This document shows, piece after piece, positions 1-13,839 of a stretch of DNA of 64,000 nucleotides. The DNA comes from Marsupella aquatica (Eukaryota; Plantae; Marchantiophyta). Positions within the stretch are counted from its first letter, which is position 1; each line of letters opens with the position of its first letter. A program made the position numbers and the translations under genes. The DNA lies in the NCBI GenBank assembly GCA_973895155.1, contig OZ316891.1:3547801-3611800 (forward strand), read 5' to 3'. Under the pieces are notes generated by a model. It was not told the origin of the DNA. It did no database searches and saw nothing but the letters and a program-made list of their open reading frames with translations.

Positions 1-646
1 TCTTAAGAATAAAATGAAATATTGTATATAGGTCAAATTGATATTTGTCCTTATAGTCTAAGCCTTGGAACTCTATGCAATGCTCTAAACTTTGGTTCTT
101 AAGAATAAAATTAAATAATGTAATCTTTTTGTCTTCACACATAGTGACTGAGGCAATATATTGTACAGTATTCTTGGCATCTCTATAGTTATTATTATTA
201 TGTAATTATACAGCCCCTTAAACTGGGCTATTGCATCAAGCATTTGAGTTTAATAAAGTTTTGAAACCAGGAGTTGGGCAGTTTGTTGTCCACAGCTAGC
301 CAGACAGGTTTTGCACATGCAATATATGTCATAAGTGGAGAATTCCAATAAGCTTTTGAGTTTTGTAATTTATGCTAAATAAGGAACTGCCAGTTTGCAG
401 GCTTGCACAAATCTAATTCACTTTTGTCCACAACTATCCTGACAGGTTTTACTTATGTCATTGTTGGGCGGCTCCTCATTTTGTATCTTTACTAAACCAA
501 ATGATAAAAAAACAGTGTGAAGCTATCAATTCAGGATCTCATGTAATGCCAAACAGTAGGATCAATTCAGGAGCTCATGTCATGCAAAACAGTAACTCAA
601 ACCAAATTAATTCCAATGGAGAATTGGGTCCTCATTGGGTCAATCT

Positions 647-926
647 CTTGGGGGTTTCACTTCCACAAAAATGGCACACCACATGCGACAAAAGATAGGG
701 TCATTTTATTGGTTCTAAGTGAAGACATAAGAATTTTTTCAGAAGAACAATAGGATATTTTTAATCCAATTTTGAGACTGATAGGTGCATTAGGGTTTTT
801 TTAATCAAAATTTTGGGATATTCTAACTTTATAGGGGTCCAAATTTTTTTTAATTTACATTGTAGGGGGTTTGAGGCCTAGAAACATGCAGGTGATGGGG
901 AAGCCTCATATAGTGAGACCCCCAAG
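647..926 (+). mobile_element. MITE, CTCGGGGG-TIR family, copy 1
   Basis: Ends CTTGGGGGTTTCACT...AGTGAGACCCCCAAG. Perfect 8-bp TSD GTCAATCT at 639-646 and 927-934. Internal sequence matches five other copies in the window. Confidence 0.95.
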
Positions 927-2293
927 GTCAATCTCTCCAGGGTTTACAACAAAAAGAGGATCTACCTTAACTCTTCAGATTCACAACCAAAATAGGAGAG
1001 TTATAGTTATTGTCCTCTGTGGAATGATGAATGGTATCTGACTGGTCTGATATGTCACAGGTTAGGTAGGTGAGCACCATATTGGGTTGTCCAACATCAA
1101 AATTAAAACAATGTAAGTTGTAGTAAGTGATATCAGATCTAGTAGAATCAATCAACTAACAATTAGTACAATAATTTGTTTAATTTCATGTCTTAGTTTG
1201 TAGTATTATCTCACTCTGTATTCCATGTTAGTCATGCTCTTGTGATGATAACTCATTCTTGATGCCTCCATTACTTTGCCTTTCATTGTCAATTCCAACT
1301 GCAAAATCCATCCTGCGAATGTCCTTATTTAAGTACATGCAATTCCATTCTATTCGGATCGATCAAGAGATCAAACCTTTGAAACATGCTAAAAATACTC
1401 ATGTTATGGAAGAAGGATCCAGCCTGCTGAAGGCTGATGCTGACCAGAGTAACAACTTCATACCGAATACCTTTCAACGTACCTGGAATTTTGTCATGCA
1501 CTGCTATGGAGCCTCATGGGTCCAATGGATCCCTTTCCATGTCTATTCTCCATTACCGGGTTTGCTTAAGTCTTGCCAACTGTACGTTCTTTAATTCCAT
1601 TCAACAGGTCTCTCATTGTTACCATTCCAAGGTTTAGGTGCCCCCAAACGATGACTATGAAATTTATCACGAAGTACTTGTCACAAAAACAGTCAGATGA
1701 AAATACTTAGAACAAGTACACTACATAAAACTGACAAATAATTAAAGTACTTGTTTCAATAAAGGATAATCTTATATGTATGTACAAGATGACATTCCAT
1801 AGATTCAAACCATTAAAAACTATACAAGGTTTTGGAAGTCATTATCATGAGGACAGCTCCCATCCTGTCCCGGATATTATTGTATACCCGGATCATCAGC
1901 TTTCACCAGAAGAAAACATGGCCCTTTATGACCAACCGCCCAATGACGGAAATGCATAAATGACCTAAATTCTCAATGACACAAAATGAATGACCGGAGA
2001 ATGACTGTCCAAATTGACCAATAGACTGAAATGACAAAATGATTGTTTTTGCGTCATTTTGTAAAATGTTTGTAATGACTAATATGACCAAAATGACACA
2101 ATTTTCTTAAAATGGTCAATTTAGACATATGTCCTAAATGACACAACCAATCACCACAATGATAAATCAGTGTTTAGCACCATTGTAGTCACTTTGGACA
2201 ATGATTAAAATGACCGAAAACCTATTTGGGTCATTTTGGACAACAATAATAAATGACAAAAAACCTGTTTGTCATTTTAACCGACGGTGCTAA

Positions 2294-3010
2294 ATGACTA
2301 AATCTATGGTCAATCAAAATATCAAGATATATCAATGTTTACAACAATATACAGTCATTATAGACTTGTCTCATAAATGACTAAAGCTAATGTCAATCAA
2401 AAACTCTTGATATATCAGTGTTTACAACAACATACAGTCATTATGGACTTGTCTCATATATATGACTAAATCTAAGGTCAATCTAAAAATTAGGATATAT
2501 CAGTGTTTATAACAACATAGAGTCATTATGGACTTGTCTTATATATGACTAAATCTAAGGTCAATCTAAGAATTAGAATATATCAGTGTTTACAACAACA
2601 TACAGTCATTATATATGGACGTGTTTCATAAATGACTACTGTCTTGTAGAGTCTATCTAAAAATCAAGATATATCAGTGTTGATGACAATATATTGTCAT
2701 TACAGACTTGAGTCATAAACCTTGGGCCCTCAGTCTTAACTAATACGTGGAGGACGTGCGAATGCTCAAAAGATAGTTTTTATTCATTTTGAACTAATAG
2801 TTATAATTATTACTGGTAATAAGGGAACTTTTAATGGTAAAATGGAAATAACAAGGGGTTAAACATGAAAATGGCCTGATCGTAAGGGGTCCACTTCTTT
2901 TACATGGAGTGAGGGCCCAGGGGTCATAAATGACTACTTATAGATACATTAAGCTATGTTGGATATATCAATGATTAAAATATTGTATAGTCATTGCAGA
3001 CATAGGTCAT
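2294..3010 (+). repeat. ~84-bp tandem repeat (about 5-6 units) in the CACTA left subterminal region
   Basis: Unit ATGACTAAATCTAAGGTCAATC...GATATATCAGTGTTTACAACA...CAGTCATTATGGACTTGTCTCAT starts near 2294, 2378, 2462, 2545 and 2632. It is interrupted by the MITE at 2720-2922. Confidence 0.9.
2720..2922. mobile_element. 203-bp MITE of a second family with an 8-bp TSD
   Basis: TIRs CCTTGGGCCCTCAGTC and GAGTGAGGGCCCAGGG. TSD GTCATAAA at 2712-2719 and 2923-2930. Confidence 0.88.
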
Positions 3011-3049
3011 AATTGTAGAGTCATTGAAGAATGCCAATGACTACATTAA

Positions 3050-6000
3050 GGGCAATATTGGCTGTCATATTAGATGTCATTTTGACCAAATGACTGCATA
3101 TGTCGTCATTCAAGACATCCCTCATGGTGTCATTATGGAAAAGCAAAAATGACCATTTTTGGTCTACGAGCTTAAGGTGGGCCCGAGTGTGCCATGGGCC
3201 CTACATAGAGGTGAAAAACTCTCCACTAGGTGCGGGACACTACACTCATCATTGTCCAACCACTAGTTGCAGCATAAACACTTTGGACACATGTTTTTCC
3301 GTTTACTTAAGGCATGATGCACCTTTGGGGAAATCACTCCCAAGTCATACGACTTTGGAGTGATTTGCCAAAAGTGTCACCATGGATGCATACCATCACA
3401 TCCAAACGCAAACAAAAGTGGTATTTTTGTTCTCTAAGAGAGAGTGCAACACCAATAGAATGGGTGTGGTTGTTGTGCTTCCCTATATGGTGTGTGTGCG
3501 GGTTTAGGGTAGAGGAATATTCTAACCTTGCAAGGAATCTAAAGCAGGCTCTTTGTGGAGGTACTAGGGCCTTTATTGGGTCATTTGTGAACAATGGTCT
3601 GTCATAAATGCCAATGACTAAAAGGAGGGTCATTAAAATTGTCATATGGGAAGTCATATAAGTCAAGTGACTGGGCTTGTGGTCATTTGTGTGGTTCCTC
3701 ATGCAGTCATTAAAGAGAAGCACAAATGACCAGTTTGGGACTAGGGACTTAAGGTGGGCCCGAGTGTGCCATGGGCCCTACATAGAGGTGAGAAACTCTC
3801 CACTAGGTGCGGGACACTACACTCATCATTGTCCAACCACTAGTGGCGGCATAAACACTTTGGACACATGTTTTTGCGTTTACTTAAGGCATGATACACC
3901 TTTGGGGAAATCACTCCCAAGTCTCCATGGATGCATGCATACCATCAGTTCCAAAGGTAAATGAAGCCATTTTTTTTGTCTCTCCAAGAAGTCGCGCAAC
4001 ACCAATGGAAGGTTGTCATACGTTTTAGGAACGTGTCATGTTTGTGCCAGTGTTTGGATGGGGAATACTCCATTTTGCATACGAATAGTGTCGGGGCATT
4101 GTGAGTAGGTGTTGTAATCTTCATTGGGTCATTTTGGAGGAATAGAGTGTCATTAATGCCAAAGACTACAATAAGGGTCATTTTGGCAGTCATTTTTTAG
4201 GTCATTTTTTAATGTGCCAAATGACGGCATATGGGGTCATTATAGAGGTCCCTCATGGTGTCATTATGGACCAACAGAAATGACCATTTTTGGTCTAGGA
4301 GCTTAAGGTGGGCCCGGGTGTGCCATAGGCCCTACATAAAGGTGACAACCCCTCCACTAGGTGCGGGACACTATACTCATCATTGTCCATCCACTAGTTG
4401 CGCCATAAACACTCTAGACACATGTTTTTGTGTTTACTTAAGGTATGATGCACCTTAGGGGAAATCACTCTCAAGTCATACGATGTTGGAGTGATTTGAC
4501 AAAAATATGACCATGGATGCATACCATCGTATCTAGCAAATGGAGCCATTTTTTGTCTCTCCAATAAGTAGCGGGACTTTGATTTAATTGTGTCATGTTT
4601 GTGTTGGTGTTTGGATGGGGAATATTCTATTTTGCAAATGAAGAGTAACGGGGCTGGTTAAAGGTAGTAATGTAATCTTTATTGGGTCATTTCTGAAAAA
4701 TTGTGTCATAGGTTAATGCCAATGACTACAAGTAGGGTCATTAAAATAGTCATATGGTAAGTCATATAAGTCAAATGACTGGACTTCTTGTCATTTGAGG
4801 GGTCCTTCTTGCAGTCATGAAGTAGAAGCACGAATGACCAGTTTGGGGCTAGGGGCTGGAGGTGGGCCCTAGAGTGCCATGTGGCCCCACATAGAGCTGA
4901 CAACCCCTCCACTACGTGCGGGACGCTATACTCATCATTGTCCAACCACTAGTTGTGCCATGAACATTTTGGAGTTATCTTTTTGCGTTTACTTAAGGCA
5001 TGATGCACCTTTGGGGAAATGACTCCCAAGTCATACGACTTTGGAGTGATTTGCCAAAAGTGTCACCATGGATGCATACCACCATATCCAAAGGCAAATG
5101 GAGCCTTTTTTTTGTCTCTCCAAGAAGTAGCACAACACCAATGGAAGGCTGGACATCATCCTTTGATCTAATTGTACATGTCATGGTTGTGCTGGTGTTT
5201 CAATGGGGAATATTCTATTTTGCAAATGAATAGTGGCGGGACACTCCAGGAGGTAGTGTAATCTTTATTGGGTCATTTATGAGAAAAATTGTGTCATAAA
5301 TGCCAACAACTACAATTAGGGTCATTAAAATGGTCATGTGGGATGTCATATAAGTCAAATGACTGGACTTGTGGTCATTTGAGGCGTCCCTAATGTTGTC
5401 ATTTAGGAAAACTAAGCAAAAATGACCAGTTTGGGGCTAGTGGCTAGAGGGACGCCCTAGAGTGCCATATGGCCCCACATAGGGCTTGCAACCCGTCCAC
5501 TAGGTGCTGGACACTCTACTTACTATTCTCCAACCACTACTTGCACCATAATTAATGTTGAGCCATGTTTTTGCGTTTAGCTAAGGCATGATGCAGCTTT
5601 GGGGAAATGACTCCCAAGTCATACAACTTTGGAGTGATTTGCCAAAAGCGTCATCATGGATGAATATCTTATATTCCAAAGGCAAATGGAGCCATTTGTT
5701 TTGTTTGTCCAAGAGTTAATGCAACACCAATGGAATGGGCATGGTTGTGGTGCTTCCATCTATGGTGCATGTGCGTGCAGGTTCAAGGTAGAAGAATATT
5801 CTAATTTTGCAAGAAATCTAGGGCGGGCTCTTTTTGGAGGTACTAGGGCACAAGTTGGTCATTTATAAAAAATGGTGTCATAATTGCCAATGACTACAAG
5901 TAAGGTCATTAAAACAGTCATCTAGGATGTCATATAAGTCAAATGACTGGACTTGTGGTCATTTGAGGCATCCTTTGTGCAGTCATTATCAAGAAGCACA

Positions 6001-6720
6001 AATGACCAGTTTGGGGCTAGGGGCTGGAGGTGGGCCCTTGAGTGCCATGTGGCCCCACATAGAGCTGACAACCCCTCCACTAGGTGTGGGACACTTTACT
6101 CATTATTGTCCAACTACTAGTTGCGTATTGAACACCTTGGAACCATGTTTAAATGCGTTTACTTAAGGGATGATGGAACTTTGGAGAAATCACTCCCAAG
6201 TCATACAACTTTGGAGTGATTTGCCAAAAGTTGCACCATGGAAGCATACCATACTATCCAAAGGCAAACAAAACATATTTTGTCTCTCCAAGAGGAAGTG
6301 CAACACCGATGGAATGGGCGTGGTCATGGTGCTTCCCTCTATGGTGTGTGTGGATTCAAGGTAGAGGAATATTCCACTTTTTTCAAGGAATCTAGAGAGA
6401 GCTCTCTTTGGAGGTACTAGGGTAGTCATTTAGGAGAAGCACAAATGACCAGTTTGGGGCTATGGGCTGGAGGTCGGCCCTACATAGAGCTGGCAACCTG
6501 TCCACCGGGTGCATGACACTCTACATACTATTCTCCATGCACTACTTGCAACATAAACACCTTGGAATATGGGGGTTCTCTTTTGGAGGTACTTGTGCTT
6601 CATTGGGCCATTGATGAACAATGCTAGGTCATAAATGCCAATGACCTTATATACTTAGTGTCATTGTGGCTATGAGGAGAGAGGTTAAAATGACCAAATT
6701 GGGCCAGGGCTAGAGGTCCT
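3050..6720 (+). repeat. Satellite-like array of ~570-bp units (about 6.5 copies) inside the CACTA element
   Basis: Marker (C)TCCACTAGGTGCGGGACAC recurs near 3221, 3798, 4352, 4907, 5495, 6075 and 6500, spaced 554-588 bp apart with the last unit truncated. The look-alike short ORFs here simply reflect the repeat. Confidence 0.93.
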
Positions 6721-7779
6721 ATACTTGACAGTCGCCCAAACTATTATTTTACCCAACAAATAGTCTCCCTTATGAGGGTTTGCGTCCTCCATTCTACAAA
6801 ATCTCCCTTATGAGGGGTTGCGTCTTCCATTCCACACTGTGATTTGTGGCCATGAACAATTTTCTAAAAATAATGCAACATTGGTGGGATACCATGTTTT
6901 AGACTTTGTCATGTAGATCATTTAATTAATGAGCAGGGTAATAATAAATCCTTTGTGAGGGAAAATCGTAGGTCTTCTAGCAATTTGGAAGTGTTTACAT
7001 TGACTATGAAAATGGCAAACAATCACACAACTTGACTTACAAATCTTAAAAGGGATGGAATTGCTGTTTACACCTCCTTTGCACCCCATTTACAGCTGGT
7101 TTATAGGGTCTATAAGTCAAGACTTCCTCTATTGTAAATATACTGGCTACTTCTCCTTTCTAACTTGACTTTGGAATTCAACTTTTGCTTTCACGGTCAT
7201 CCAAATTGACTGGGGTGTCAGTCTACTAAAACCAACCCTTACACTACCTAGCTTTACACTGGTTACCGTCAATCTACCGGTCCATAAGGAGTGATTATAG
7301 TGTAAAACGGCTTCTACTACTTGCCTTTGTATTTTCAAAATCCCCACTCATGGGAAACGTCACGCGCGCTCGGATCTTGGGGTGCTGCCATACTTTCAAG
7401 CTCCCGAGCGTGCTCCCAAGCTGTGGAGACTGGACTTAATGTCCTATCACTCCGACATGTTCACTGCATCACAACAAATTTGCTCATTGTTCTGTCCTCT
7501 AGATGATTCCATGGCTTGATCCGCATTCTTTAGAATGTTGCGAGATTTGTTTCAACTAATGATTCTTCCTCTACTCCATTCGACTACGCGCTTTCAATTT
7601 GACTTCTTTCCCATCTTTCCTGGCAGGCTCTTGCAAAGATAGGCCGCCGCTTCAATTTGTATCAATGTTCCCTGCTTCGTCATGCTCTCCGCAACCAGCC
7701 GTTCGTTGCAATGTCCAAAATAGCTGCCTTTAATTTTTGCTCTGCCTTACTTCGCAAATTTCCAATTTGATCTTGGGGC

Positions 7780-10700
7780 AGACAGACTGAGTTTATGTAT
7801 GAATACATGAATCAGCAGCGGCGGTCTGAGAAGTTTCCGTGACGTTCAAAAAGTTGCGAGCCTCAATGGAAGGAGTGCCACTCAGGTAACACATTGTTCA
7901 CTTATTGTGGCTGTGAGAAATCTTCAAAGCTTTGCAGATGGTTCACGTAAGCTTTTCTACGCACAAGGGCCCTAGTCTTACTACTTGGTTAGTAGTTAGA
8001 AGTCAATTTTCCTCCTCGACAAGCGTAGGACGAGTTTCTCTTGCCCAAGTGCCTGGGTAGTGCACTCGGTTTCAACAGGGGCTGCAGATTGATGAGAGAT
8101 TGATATTGATTTAAGAGTTCACACAAATTGGGGGATCAAATGCTGATGATCTTGAAAGAGGTTTTGTGAGAGTTCTTGTTAAATACGTCCCCATTCTAAA
8201 TTTCTGTTATCTAATCTTCTGATCCTTCTATGCCACGCGTATGCAAGTCTTGAGCTTAACATTGTTGGTCGTGGGCTTAAGGAATAATTGTTTGGATAAG
8301 TACTTTAAAAGTTGTAGTATTCCACTTGTGAGACCGTGCAGCCAGTCTTTTGCAATGAGATAAATTCAGAAAGGTCTTACGTATTGAGCTTTTTGACTTT
8401 GGCAGGATTGTTTTCTAATAACCTTTGCTGAGTACAACAGCAACAGAAATGACACACTCCACGGTAGGTTTGATTCTATTTTAATCAATTGGCTGGCTGC
8501 AGCTGTGAGTATCTTGCTATTGCACCCCAAGGTCACTAGTTTGCAATTGCATCGAGGTATCTCCGTCTGTTTTCTCCAGGCAGCTGCTGCCTTGGTTTTG
8601 ACCTCACAGATTTCAGAGGAAACTGGGAACATGAACAAACTACAGTACAATACTTTGGCGTGGACTATTGAAGGGGAAGCTGCCTTCCAGGGTTTAAGGT
8701 TTCTTTCTGCCTCCCCAGCGTTCCATGACAATGGCAGAGCACGTTGCCAAGAGAAGAATGCCTTTGGGTACGTTGCTGAGTGCTCATCCATTAAGTGCGC
8801 ACCTCCATTTGTCTGGATTGGGGAGAAAGGGAAGCTCTTAGTGCCTGAAGAGTATCTTACATTCCTCACAGTCTGCCAATAAAAAAATTATTTGTGAGGG
8901 CAAAACCAACATGGATGGCAGATGTTCAATTAATCAATCCAAACATACACAAGAAACTAGGAAACTTACCGGAGGCCACTAGAAGCTTGGGAACTGACTG
9001 TAGGCCACTAGAACGGAAGAAAGTCACATTTTTGTTTGGACGGTAGAGTCTCGAGAAGTGGAAATATTGCAGTATCCTGGGGCGCCAAAGATTTAAAACT
9101 ACCAAGAAATAACATGGCAGATGCGTAAGAAATCAGAAGCAGCACTAGTCAAAATCAAGGACAAGTTACGCTTGTCTACGATAGAGTTGGAGAATAAAAT
9201 AACAAGGAGTCTCCATTTGAGTCACTAGAGGCCCCTAAATAAAGCGAAAAGGTATCCCTAGAGGCACCTAGAAGACAAACCAAAAGGTTCTACCTTTGGG
9301 CATATATACCTGTTTAGAAGAAAAGTACGTGATTGTCTGGTCCTCACTATGCCGACGGGTTGTTTGAATTTGTGGTGAATTTGTGATGGATATTTACTTC
9401 TGATCATTTACATCTCTGCCAACATCAACAGTCTTCAGTTTGACAACTCACTCGTTTGACCCAGATGAAACATTTTGAGAGAGTAAAGACGTAGATTAGC
9501 TCGCAATCATTACCTTGCTATTGAAGTGTAGGATCCTGAATATATAGAACAGGGTATCTGATTGTGCTTTCTCAAAGTGTCATTAAATGTGTAAAGTGTT
9601 TCTGCCAACATCAACAGTATTCAGTTGCCTGGGCTTTTATACTGATCGGATATATATCATCAAGATTCCTCCATGTCGGAGAGAAACGCCTGTTTATACG
9701 ACTCACGTATAATATTCAACTCTTAACGCCCAAAAGAGGTTGGACTCATCTCTTTTTCAGCCTGGGACACTTTCTCGTCTCCCCATACTTCTTCCCCGAC
9801 TTCTTCAAGTCCTGCTCAGTTCGTGAATGATCTTTCTTGCCGCCTGCACTTATCTACATTTGCCTTGCTTTCAGACAAGTTACACTTTTATTAAAGGTCA
9901 TCTCTCTTTATTGTATTGCTTTTCCATTTAAGACAGCATTGTCCCCACTACTGCTTGTCTCCCGGCTGAGCTTCTTTATTGCCTGTTATAATTTATATAT
10001 TTTTTTTGCTCACCTGCATGAACTTGTTGTTCTGGATTTATTGTCGAGCCTTCTGCCTAATAGGCTAGCTAGCTACACGGTCTGCCATATTTCTTGTCCA
10101 CAAGTTCAGCTTTGAATAAATGGCGTCAGAGCATCTCTACTGTAGTGATCTTCTCTTTTTCATAGGGAATCAAAAAATTCTCTATCTTCATTGGCTTTTT
10201 GAATGGCTGGCGATGAAACTTCATTATTGACAAGTTCTCTTTCTCTCTACTTTCCCGTTTTCTTTATATAGCGGGCTCATTGTTTGACGTAAAGTTGTTG
10301 GCATTTTCAGCTTGAGTTAATACTGAACCTTGCTCCTATGGATGTCATGTCCTACAACAGGTTATATTGATGGTGACATTGGTCAAGAGCTGGACTCACG
10401 CCTTTTAAGATAAATAGGATTGAAGAACGTCAAGGCAATGAGGTAGTGCTTAAACTCTTTTAGCTAAGTGCTCTCACATATAGATTGCTTTATCTAAGCC
10501 TGGAAGAATACTGTAGATCTGAGCTGTGAGAAGACTCTACTATAGAGATTTGATTCAAACACGTTTGTGATTATTCAGTTCAAGAACAGTTGTGGAAGTT
10601 AATAATTACTGACTAAAACCTTTCCCAGTTATATCTCAAGTTATATGAATGTGAAGTTTTGACAATTGCTAGGTCCCTTGTTTGCTTGACTATTTGTGTC

Positions 10701-11670
10701 CGCTAAGCTGACTTCAGGTTATGTTTAATATGGAGTCAAATAAGTTGCGGATATGGTACCTGGCAAGCCTTGTTACATTCTGACTGGAATCATTCTATAT
10801 TTTTTTAGCAAAGCCAACGGAGGATCCCTTTGAGATCAAGAAGGTGCATAAGATGCTGGGAACTTTACCTGTTGGAAAGGTTGATACCCTCAGTGGAGGA
10901 AAAGTTGAATTGCATCCTCGATAAACATAAGGTGACTACCCTCAGTATTGTTTTCAAAGAAATAGATTGATAGACTTGAAGTTCAGTCACTGTTATAAAA
11001 ATACCAGACAATGTACTTTAATTATTTAGTATGGTATAATTAAGGAACTCTAGGATTTGGTTGATGAAATGGATCAGTTCTTAAAGATTGAAGGTTAGAG
11101 GACATTGAAAGTTTAGGGCCAGCTATAAGTGTCAGACTTAGGAGTCTTCTTGGTCGAGGTCAAGCTCTTCTCAACAATTAATCTGCTTGTATTTGGTGAA
11201 TCTCTATATATATATATCGATATAAGGGACAACTACTGCCTCTGACTTCTCCTCCTGTCTAATTTACACAGCCATAGTGATGTACTCTATATCATGCATT
11301 TGGAATTTGAGAAAAGTTCTGAGCTCTTCTTGTTTTCCTTTTGCAGAATGATGACATTGTATTATATGCAAGCTCAATTTGAGTCTGATGAGAGTTTGGG
11401 ATGACTGGAAGTCTGCAATGTACGTACAATTTACCAAGAACTGGATCCTTTTGGGCAGGTAGTGTTCATGATTAATGATTAATTGCAAATGAAACAACAG
11501 GACCTCGAGCTTACCTTTTGAACATTGCAAGGTTGCAATTGCCATTATGAGTTTGCAAGCCTAATGAATGACGGGTGCATTTCTAGCGAGTGAGCCAATT
11601 GGAATTGGAGAATTTCAACTCCTCTGTAAGTCTCTGATCGCACTCCCTTGTGTGGTATGTACGTCTTGGA
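7780..11670 (+). pseudogene. Possible captured, decayed spliced gene fragment inside the CACTA element
   Basis: Several short blocks flanked by polypyrimidine-AG and GT(A/G) signals (about 10311-10442, 10809-10931 and 11347-11458). They contain stops and I cannot identify a product. Confidence 0.3.
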
Positions 11671-13839
11671 ATACCTAGATTACATGGTTTATGGGACTAC
11701 AAATTCACAACCAGCTACGTAGTCTCAATGTGATGCATTTTTTGCTCTGATGCATATGACCTGTATTTTCCATTTGCTGATACAGGAGCGGGAAACTACA
11801 AGCTACCTGACATGAAAGGGACAACCACACTGTGGAATTCCAGATTGCTTAAGAAGCAATAGTTGTAGATTTGAGGGATGCAGCTCCTGTACAAAGTATA
11901 ATCATAACTTTTTTGATTCATTTGTTGATCACAAGCTTGATTGCTGGAGAATAGGATTAGATGCTCAACAGTATTCCAGTGTAGATCATTGATGAAATAT
12001 TGTATGACACTCAAAATGACATTATAAATAATGTGCATTATGATATCCAAAATGAGTCCATCATGTATGACATTCCAAATGAATTTATAAATGACGTGTG
12101 TTGTGACATCATTTTAATGACGCCTTCTCAAGTCATTTCCGTCATTGGAAAATGACATCTTTTATGACTGTCCAAAATGACTAAATGAAATACGTCATTT
12201 TTTACAGATGAAAATGACTAATGAAAATCGTCATTTTGGACAGATCCAAAATGACAACTAAGTATATCCATGTGTATCACACAATGATCCACATGGTGGC
12301 TAATGATTTGTGAGAGCTTTCGTCATATTAGACATGTCTGAAATGACAAGAATTTATTGCCCCATGTTGATTATGAAAGATGCCACATGTCTATGGTTCA
12401 TTTGTTCAAAATATGGGTCATTCTGGACATGTCTAAAATGACATTATTTGTTTAGTGGTTGGACACGTGGCTTTTTTTAATTGGTGACGGTGACCGTCAA
12501 TGGTGAACGGCACAAGACCGTTGATGACACTTTTTTACATCATTTTGGACTGTTGGTCATTTTGGACCTTTGGTCATTTCTAGTAATTTTGGACAATAAC
12601 CAATGACCATGGGATTTTTGCGTCATTTGTCCGATAGGACCATGACGCATTTGTCCAATGCAACGTGTCTGGAAAGACACAAACAAATGCGTCATTGGTT
12701 TGATGAAAAGACCATGTCAATAGTCATTGTTACAGTCATAAATAACCCTGTTTTCTACTAGTGTTTCTTGGTCACCTTTGCCCCACTCTGTCAAGAATTG
12801 CTCAACTTGTTTTCTCTACTCCATTGAAATACCAAATAAAAGTAGAATTCTTGGAACCAAATCAGCTTTGGAAGGATACATAGTACAATTTTGGTCACTT
12901 CCAATGAAGAAAGAACTCACAACAGCTGTTAGCACCTTAGACGTGTACAGATTCTCATCGACAATGCCGTGGTAGCTCGGCAATCTTATGCAACACTAAA
13001 GTTTTAATTTTGTGCATGTTTGCCAGTCTCCTTGTAATCTTTCACCTGGTTCAGGACGCTGTCACCAAGAGAAGGAGATGGCTGGGACGGAAGGATGCTT
13101 TAATTTTTGACTTGGTGAAATTGTTGCAACTTTTTTAGGGGCTTTTATTAGGGGCAGTAGCTCTTCTAGGTTTTTTGGTGAGTTACGGCTCTCTAGACAG
13201 TAGCTCGTTAGACTACTGCCCTTTAGAATGTAGCTGTTCTTCCTGCTATCGTCATTGACCTGTGGTCTGGTGGCTTTTGATGGCCCCTTAGACGTTTGAC
13301 CTTTCCTGCTTTAGGTCCTCTTTTCTTTTTTTCTGACTTCATGTCCCTTGTGTTGCTCGGGGGTCTCACTCCGCGAAAACAGCACATCACGTGCGAGAAA
13401 GTATAGGGTCCATTTATTAGATTATAGGAAAGACTTAAGAAGATTTGTGTAAGAACAATAGGTTCCAATTTATTCATAAACACACTTTAAAGAATGATAG
13501 GATTTTTTGGGGGGTCCACTTCCATGGAATGGGTTGAGGAAAGATAGGGTAATATGCTACAGGAAAAAAGAGTATACACGTGTCACTATGGGATTGGGCC
13601 ATGTGGCACTCATTTCAAATTAGGGGCTACTCGATCGGGTAGTCCACATATTTGAGGTGGCAAGAATTTTGGATGGGGTATATACGTGAGTGGGGCCGGG
13701 TTTCAAGGACCTGGCCACATGTTTAGGGTTTGGGGGCCCGGGACCATTTTGAATATGTCCCATGTTAGGGCGGCTGTTTCCCTCCACTCTTTGTTGGCCA
13801 AGCCCAGTTCATTCCTTGCCTTGACGTTGTCCAAAGGGA

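Larger units (their letters stand above)
1904..12763. mobile_element. Non-autonomous CACTA (EnSpm) DNA transposon, ~10.9 kb
   Basis: Left end CACCAGAAGAAAACATGGCCCTTTATGAC; reverse complement of right end CACTAGTAGAAAACAGGGTTATTTATGAC. 3-bp TSD TTT (1901-1903, 12764-12766). Dense AAATGAC/GTCATTT subterminal repeats at both ends. No recognisable transposase ORF. Confidence 0.88.

Noticed and set aside
1719-1735. CACTACATAAAA as the CACTA left end
   Set aside because: It does not match the right TIR beyond CACTA and gives no TSD. The end at 1904 matches over ~29 bp, has the TTT TSD and abuts the subterminal repeats.
3100-6430. Many similar 60-130 aa ORFs and CRISPR-like periodicity
   Set aside because: They are translations of a ~570-bp tandem repeat. 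There is no short repeat/unique spacer structure and no cas genes, and the context is eukaryotic.
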